Below are positions 45,847-50,185 of a stretch of DNA of 50,185 bases, piece by piece. A program made the translations under genes and the position numbers. Origin of the DNA: an uncultured Nitrospinaceae bacterium (GTDB taxonomy: Bacteria > Nitrospinota > Nitrospinia > Nitrospinales > Nitrospinaceae); the NCBI GenBank assembly GCA_965372625.1, contig CBDVDB010000001.1:1-50185 (forward strand), written 5' to 3'. Positions within the stretch are counted from its first letter, which is position 1. The number at the start of each line of letters is the position of its first letter. The notes under the pieces were generated by a model. The model worked only from the letters and a program-made list of their open reading frames with translations. It was not told where the DNA came from and did not search any database.

Positions 45847-48087
45847 TTACTTCTGGCTTCCAACAAAATTCAGGGCGGAACCCGCGTTGAACCAGTTGAT
45901 CTCGCCCTCGTTCAAGCTGTGGTCCAATTGAATTTTGTCCGTTGAACCGTCCTCATGCTTGATCGTCATGGTCACCGGCTGGCCGGGTTTCAGCTTGTCC
46001 AATCCCTCAAATGTAATAGCGTCTTTCTGCTGAATTTTCTCGTAGTCGTCCTTGTTGGAGAAGGTCAACGGCAGTACCGCCTGTTTCTTGAGATTGGCCT
46101 CAAAGATGCGGGCATAGGATTTAGCGACAAACGCCAGGCAACCCATATGGCGCGGCTCCATTGCGGCGTGTTCGCGGCTGGACCCCTCACCGATGTTTTC
46201 ATCGGCGAAAGCAACCCATCCTTCCCCGTTGTCTTTATAGTGGCGGGCGATCTTGTTCAACTCATCCGTTTTGCCGGTCATCAGATTGTTGCCTTTGCCG
46301 GTTTCATCGTAGAAGGAGTTGTTGGCTCCCAGGAACAGGTTGTTACTGATATTGTCCAGGTGGCCGCGGAACTTTAACCAGGGGCCGGCCTGCGAGATAT
46401 GGTCGGTGGTGCATTTTCCCGCCGCTTTGAACAATACCTTGAGATTCCGGTAATCCTTCACCGGGTCCTGTTTCGGGAACGGTTCGAGGAAGGACAGCCG
46501 TTCGCTCTTGGGATCGATGACGACCTCGCCGGTAAAGGTGGGAGCCATATATCCGCTATCCTTGGTGGCATACCCCTGTTTCGGATAAACCTCACCCTCA
46601 GGCGGCTCAAATTTAAAATCGCCGATCGAGTCGGTCATGGGATTGAATTTCATACTGCCGCCAAAAGCCATGGCAACCACGATTTCCGGACTGCTGATAA
46701 AGCTCAACGTTTCGGCGCTTCCGTCATTCCGTTTGGCAAAGTTGCGGTTGTAGGAACTGAGGATACTGTTGGGTGTCCCTTTTTTGACATCATCCCGTTT
46801 CCATTGGCCGATACAGGGTCCGCAGGCGTTGGCGAGTACGGTGCCGCCGACATCCTCAAAATCCTTCAAAATTCCGTCCCGGCTGATGGTTTCGAAAATC
46901 CGTTCGGAGCCGGGAGTCACCAGGAATTTGGCCTTGGACTTGAGACCGGCCTTTTTGGCCTGACGCGCCAGGCTCACCGCACGGGTCAGATCCTCATAAC
47001 TGGAGTTGGTGCAGGAGCCGATCAAGGCGGCGGACAGCTTTTCGGGATAGCCGTTCTTGTCCACATCGGCGGCCATCTGCGAAATGGGCCGGCCCAGGTC
47101 GGGACTGTGCGGTCCAACGATATGCGGTTCGAGAGTGGACAGGTCGATTTCGTGAATCTCGTCGTAATATTTTTCCGGATCCTTCTCCACTTCCGGATCG
47201 GAAACCAGATGTTCGGCGTACTTTTTACAGAGATCGGCAATGGCATCGCGCTCGGTTTTACGGAGATAGACGTCCATGCTCTCGTCATAACCGAAGATGG
47301 AGGTGGTGGCGCCTATCTCAGCGCCCATGTTGGTGACCGTGCCCTTGCTGGTGGCGCTGAGTGAGCGGGCTCCTTCACCGAAATATTCGACGATCTTGCC
47401 GGTGCCGCCTTTAGCGGTCAGCATGGTGGCGACTTTGAGAATGACATCTTTGGAGGCCGTCCAGCCGCTCAGTTCACCGGTCAGTTTGATGCCAACCAGT
47501 TTGGGCATGCGGGTCATGAATTTCTGGCCGGTCATGACGTCCACCGCGTCCGCGCCACCGACGCCGATAGCGATCATACCCATGCCGCCGGCATTGGGGG
47601 TATGAGAATCGGTACCGATCATCAAGGTTCCAGGGACGGCGTAATTTTCGAATACCACTTGGTGAATAATGCCGGAACCGGGTTTCCAGAATCCCATGCC
47701 GTATTTCATGGCAGCGGACTGCAGAAAGTCATATACTTCCTTGTTTGTTTCGATAGCCGCTTTGAGGTCTACGCCGGAGCCGATATAGGCTTGGATCAAA
47801 TGGTCGCAATGAACAGTGGTGGGCGCCGCCACTTTGGACATTTGAGCGGACATGAATTGTAAAATTGCCATTTGTGCGGTGGCGTCCTGCATGGCGACCC
47901 GGTCCGCATTCAAGAAGATGTTGGATTTTTCCCGCTCAAGTTTGGAAAAATCAGTATCAGAATCCATGTGGGAATATAAAATTTTCTCCACAATGGTCAA
48001 TTTCCGGCCCAGGTTACTGCGGGCCGCGCTCAGGGATTTATCCATGGATTGAAACAGTTTTTCAATAGGCGCTGGATCCAATAACAT
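45847..48087 (-). CDS. acn: Aconitate hydratase (about 745 aa, mitochondrial-type)
   Basis: Fe-S ligand motifs are present (GTDSHT, IGSCTNSS, ANACGPCIGQW), along with a swivel domain. I prefer ATG 48087 (MLLDPAPIEK), which has GAGGAG 6 nt upstream, over the track's GTG 48138. Confidence 0.93.
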   Translation of the reverse strand: MLLDPAPIEKLFQSMDKSLSAARSNLGRKLTIVEKILYSHMDSDTDFSKLEREKSNIFLNADRVAMQDATAQMAILQFMSAQMSKVAAPTTVHCDHLIQAYIGSGVDLKAAIETNKEVYDFLQSAAMKYGMGFWKPGSGIIHQVVFENYAVPGTLMIGTDSHTPNAGGMGMIAIGVGGADAVDVMTGQKFMTRMPKLVGIKLTGELSGWTASKDVILKVATMLTAKGGTGKIVEYFGEGARSLSATSKGTVTNMGAEIGATTSIFGYDESMDVYLRKTERDAIADLCKKYAEHLVSDPEVEKDPEKYYDEIHEIDLSTLEPHIVGPHSPDLGRPISQMAADVDKNGYPEKLSAALIGSCTNSSYEDLTRAVSLARQAKKAGLKSKAKFLVTPGSERIFETISRDGILKDFEDVGGTVLANACGPCIGQWKRDDVKKGTPNSILSSYNRNFAKRNDGSAETLSFISSPEIVVAMAFGGSMKFNPMTDSIGDFKFEPPEGEVYPKQGYATKDSGYMAPTFTGEVVIDPKSERLSFLEPFPKQDPVKDYRNLKVLFKAAGKCTTDHISQAGPWLKFRGHLDNISNNLFLGANNSFYDETGKGNNLMTGKTDELNKIARHYKDNGEGWVAFADENIGEGSSREHAAMEPRHMGCLAFVAKSYARIFEANLKKQAVLPLTFSNKDDYEKIQQKDAITFEGLDKLKPGQPVTMTIKHEDGSTDKIQLDHSLNEGEINWFNAGSALNFVGSQK

Positions 48088-48309
48088 TGAACACTCCTCA
48101 CGTGAAAAATTTTTTATTATATAATGGCGCCTCCACACTCAAAAGGATTTCAGGTTGAGGCAGGTTGGATAACTCAGTCAGTTTGGGAAACGCATATTCT
48201 GCCATGAAAGCCGTGAAAATTCAATACTATTAAGACCAGCGTTTTTAAATTTTAAATTTATTTACCACAATTAAATTGTATGGTTATATAGTAATTATTA
48301 ATGTAAATT

Positions 48310-49074
48310 ATGAATTCTGTTTTTGATTCATCTCAATTCAACGCAAACCTGTTTTTCCCCAGGCCCGACCCGTTGCCTTCACCGGAGGGCACGGATGAAA
48401 TTTATGTCGAGGTGGAACCGGGTGTAAAAGTTCATGTTCGGCGGTATCTTTCACGCACTGCCCGGTTCAGTCTGCTGTTTTTTCACGGCAACGGGGAAAT
48501 CGCTTCGGATTACGATGAGATTTATAAAGCATTTGATTCTCTGGGGGCGGAGTTTCTGGTCTGCGATTACCGGGGGTATGGCCGGAGTGATGGCCATCCC
48601 ACATTGAGGACGGTTCTTAAGGATGCGCATCTCGTCTATCAATCATTGAAAAATAATGAGAAGTTGTTGAACCCACTGTGTGTCATGGGCCGGTCTTTGG
48701 GCAGCGCTTCGGCGATCGAGTTGTGCTCGCATTATCCGGAGATCGATTGTTGTGTGATCGAGAGCGGTTATGCCGACCCGATTCCTCTAGTGGAGCGTCG
48801 CGGTCTGCGGGTCGGCAACATCACCCCGGAGGAAAACGACCTGTTCAATAACAGCCGGAAAATGAAGAAAATAACCTGCCCTTTACTCATTATGCATGGG
48901 GAGGATGATACATTGATCTATCCTCACGAAGCGGAATTGAATTACCAGCAGGCGGGTTCGAAATCCAAGGACTTGCAGATACTGGAAGGGGTAGGGCACA
49001 ATGACATTCTGATGGCGCCGGACAACGCCTATTTCAACTGCCTGCAACAGTTTTTCGATAAAGTTCTGGGTTGA
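48310..49074 (+). CDS. Alpha/beta hydrolase fold protein
   Basis: 254 aa. It has FFHGNGE (the oxyanion region), the nucleophile elbow GRSLGS, HGEDD and GVGHND (candidate Asp and His). Confidence 0.8.
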   Translation: MNSVFDSSQFNANLFFPRPDPLPSPEGTDEIYVEVEPGVKVHVRRYLSRTARFSLLFFHGNGEIASDYDEIYKAFDSLGAEFLVCDYRGYGRSDGHPTLRTVLKDAHLVYQSLKNNEKLLNPLCVMGRSLGSASAIELCSHYPEIDCCVIESGYADPIPLVERRGLRVGNITPEENDLFNNSRKMKKITCPLLIMHGEDDTLIYPHEAELNYQQAGSKSKDLQILEGVGHNDILMAPDNAYFNCLQQFFDKVLG

Positions 49075-49085
49075 ATGGAGTACTG

Positions 49086-50185
49086 ATGACCAAAAAGTTT
49101 TATAACATTGAAGGAATCATTCGCAACGGTTTCAAGCTGAGCCGGAACTATGAAACCCTGGATTTCAACTTTACCAAACTGGGAGATGCCGGGGTGGCCG
49201 CGCTGGCCAAATCCAGGTCCGTCAAACGACTGAAACGCCTGATCATTCCCGTGCAAAAACTGAGCCCGGAAAGCGCCAAAGCCATTGCCGAATCCGATAC
49301 CCTGCAGAGCCTGCAATATCTGAAATTATACAAAAATAAAATCGGCGATGAAGGGGTCAAATATTTTACCGAATCCAAAAAGCTTACCCATCTGATATCG
49401 TTGCGTCTGGCTTGGAATGGAATTTCCGGTCAGGGGGCTAAGTATATTTCGGACTCCGGCAACTTTCAGTCATTGACCAGCCTGGTTCTTTCCCAAAATA
49501 AACTGGGTGACGAGGGAATGAAATTTCTCGCCGAAAGCAAGAACCTTCCCAATCTGGAATTACTGGACCTCAAGAAAAACGGGATCACCGATGAAGGGGC
49601 TCTGGTTCTGGCGCAAAGTCCGAATTTCGTTAATCTGCAGAGCATCGACCTGACAGAAAATGCATTAACCGAGAAGGGTAAGGAAGCGATTGCGGGGTTC
49701 CTGATTCTCAATCTGATCCGCAAACGGTTGAGCGAGGACGGCGAGGTTCTTGATCTCAGCAAACTCAATCTGGGTGACATGCAGGCCAAAATAATTGCGG
49801 ATTACGAAGGACTGAAGGATCTCAAGAAACTTTACCTCGAACTCAACTACATTACCGCGGCAGGTGTGAAGCGTCTGACTGAATCACCCCATCTGAAAAA
49901 CCTGATCCTGCTTTCCCTGGATCGTAACCAGATTGGTGATGAGGGCATTAAGCTGATCGCTGAATCTGAAAATTTCGGGAACCTGGAAACGCTGATGGTT
50001 GAGAACAATGAAATTTCCAATGAGGGTCTGCAGGCCATTGCTAAATCGGAATTGATGCCCAATCTGCTGAAGCTGTATATCGAGGGGAACCCCTATGACG
50101 ATGAGGGTTGGGAAGCTTTGAGGAATTCGGAGTTTCTGCAGGATTTGGAATATCCCGTCTTCGAGCGCGAGGAAGAGGAAGAAGA
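49086..50185 (+). CDS. Cytoplasmic leucine-rich-repeat protein (RNI-like, 27-residue units), 3'-partial; not in the supplied ORF track
   Basis: I translated this by hand. ATG 49086 has GGAG 5 nt upstream, and the frame is open for 366 codons to the window edge. The sequence begins MTKKFYNIEGIIRNG...LGDAGVAALAKS. Repeated units follow (IGDEGVKYF, ISGQGAKYI, LGDEGMKFL, ITDEGALVL, ... IGDEGIKLI, ISNEGLQAI). It ends EYPVFEREEEEE at the window edge. Confidence 0.8.
   Translation, partial: MTKKFYNIEGIIRNGFKLSRNYETLDFNFTKLGDAGVAALAKSRSVKRLKRLIIPVQKLSPESAKAIAESDTLQSLQYLKLYKNKIGDEGVKYFTESKKLTHLISLRLAWNGISGQGAKYISDSGNFQSLTSLVLSQNKLGDEGMKFLAESKNLPNLELLDLKKNGITDEGALVLAQSPNFVNLQSIDLTENALTEKGKEAIAGFLILNLIRKRLSEDGEVLDLSKLNLGDMQAKIIADYEGLKDLKKLYLELNYITAAGVKRLTESPHLKNLILLSLDRNQIGDEGIKLIAESENFGNLETLMVENNEISNEGLQAIAKSELMPNLLKLYIEGNPYDDEGWEALRNSEFLQDLEYPVFEREEEEE
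49179..50100 (+). repeat. In-frame tandem 81-nt (27-codon) LRR-coding units
   Basis: Unit starts at 49341, 49422 and 49503 are spaced exactly 81 nt apart. The same unit type occurs in the 28792-29523 gene. Confidence 0.7.

Noticed and set aside
46399-47364. Long antisense ORFs opposite well-supported genes. Examples are 46399-47364 (+, 321 aa, opposite aconitase), 31326-32159 (-, 277 aa, opposite rne), 24637-25500 (-, 287 aa, opposite the octahaem cytochrome), 38979-39698 (-, opposite ctpA), 15396-16028 (-, opposite folP), 14047-14752 (-, opposite ftsH), 42301-42864 (+, opposite larB) and 28040-28555 (-, opposite the FGE gene).
   Set aside because: Their translations are low-complexity Gly/Arg/His/Pro-rich strings with no recognisable motifs. 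Each lies entirely inside a gene whose product has strong family signatures. They are typical shadow ORFs.
48267-48279. Short perfect palindromes in AT-rich intergenic DNA: ACAATTAAATTGT (48267-48279, between aconitase and the hydrolase), GGCAATTGCC (31280-31289, rne leader) and CCGGATTATCCGG (about 22782-22794, upstream of subunit IV).
   Set aside because: They could be operator sites. However, they are short, unique within the window and expected by chance in AT-rich spacers. Nothing supports them beyond the symmetry itself.

Overview
The window is about 50 kb of densely packed bacterial chromosome, roughly 90% coding, with mid-range GC and several visibly AT-richer genes. I support about 47 protein genes and one tRNA. 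I recognised no rRNA, CRISPR array, IS element, integrase or prophage.

Most of it is housekeeping with classical synteny:
- aguB-aguA (putrescine synthesis from agmatine)
- mfd, followed by two SurA/PrsA-type PPIases
- tilS-ftsH-folP-pdxJ
- gap-tpiA-secG-tRNA-Leu(GAG)
- metF and rne
- ftsE-ftsX-envC-ctpA
- tsaD, gpsA-larB and a mitochondrial-type aconitase

The most unusual block is 19.4-27.0 kb:
- A dihydrolipoamide-dehydrogenase-like flavoprotein has lost both redox-active cysteines.
- It precedes a cytochrome b6f-type Rieske / cyt b6 / subunit IV operon. The c-type subunit of that operon is an 897-aa membrane-anchored octahaem protein with five tandem class-I cytochrome c modules, a long coiled-coil spacer and a poly-acidic tail.
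- Next comes a small membrane ORF, then a membrane-anchored Mrr-like domain with a degenerate catalytic motif. The two ORFs are in the same frame and separated by a single TAA.

Other points worth a second look:
- A 522-aa insertion-rich phosphoglycerate kinase lies away from a gap-tpiA operon that lacks pgk.
- Three small modules combine FGE/SUMF1-domain proteins, 27-residue leucine-rich-repeat proteins, a HmuY-like protein and an alpha/beta hydrolase.
- An orphan larB is translationally coupled to gpsA.
- Several uncharacterised proteins carry acidic tails.
- An LRR ORF at 49086 runs off the 3' edge and is missing from the supplied ORF track.

All family assignments come from motifs I read in the translations. 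No database search was run. The lineage cannot be established from this window; the gene content is merely reminiscent of Nitrospinota, Nitrospirota or Planctomycetota-like chemolithotrophs.
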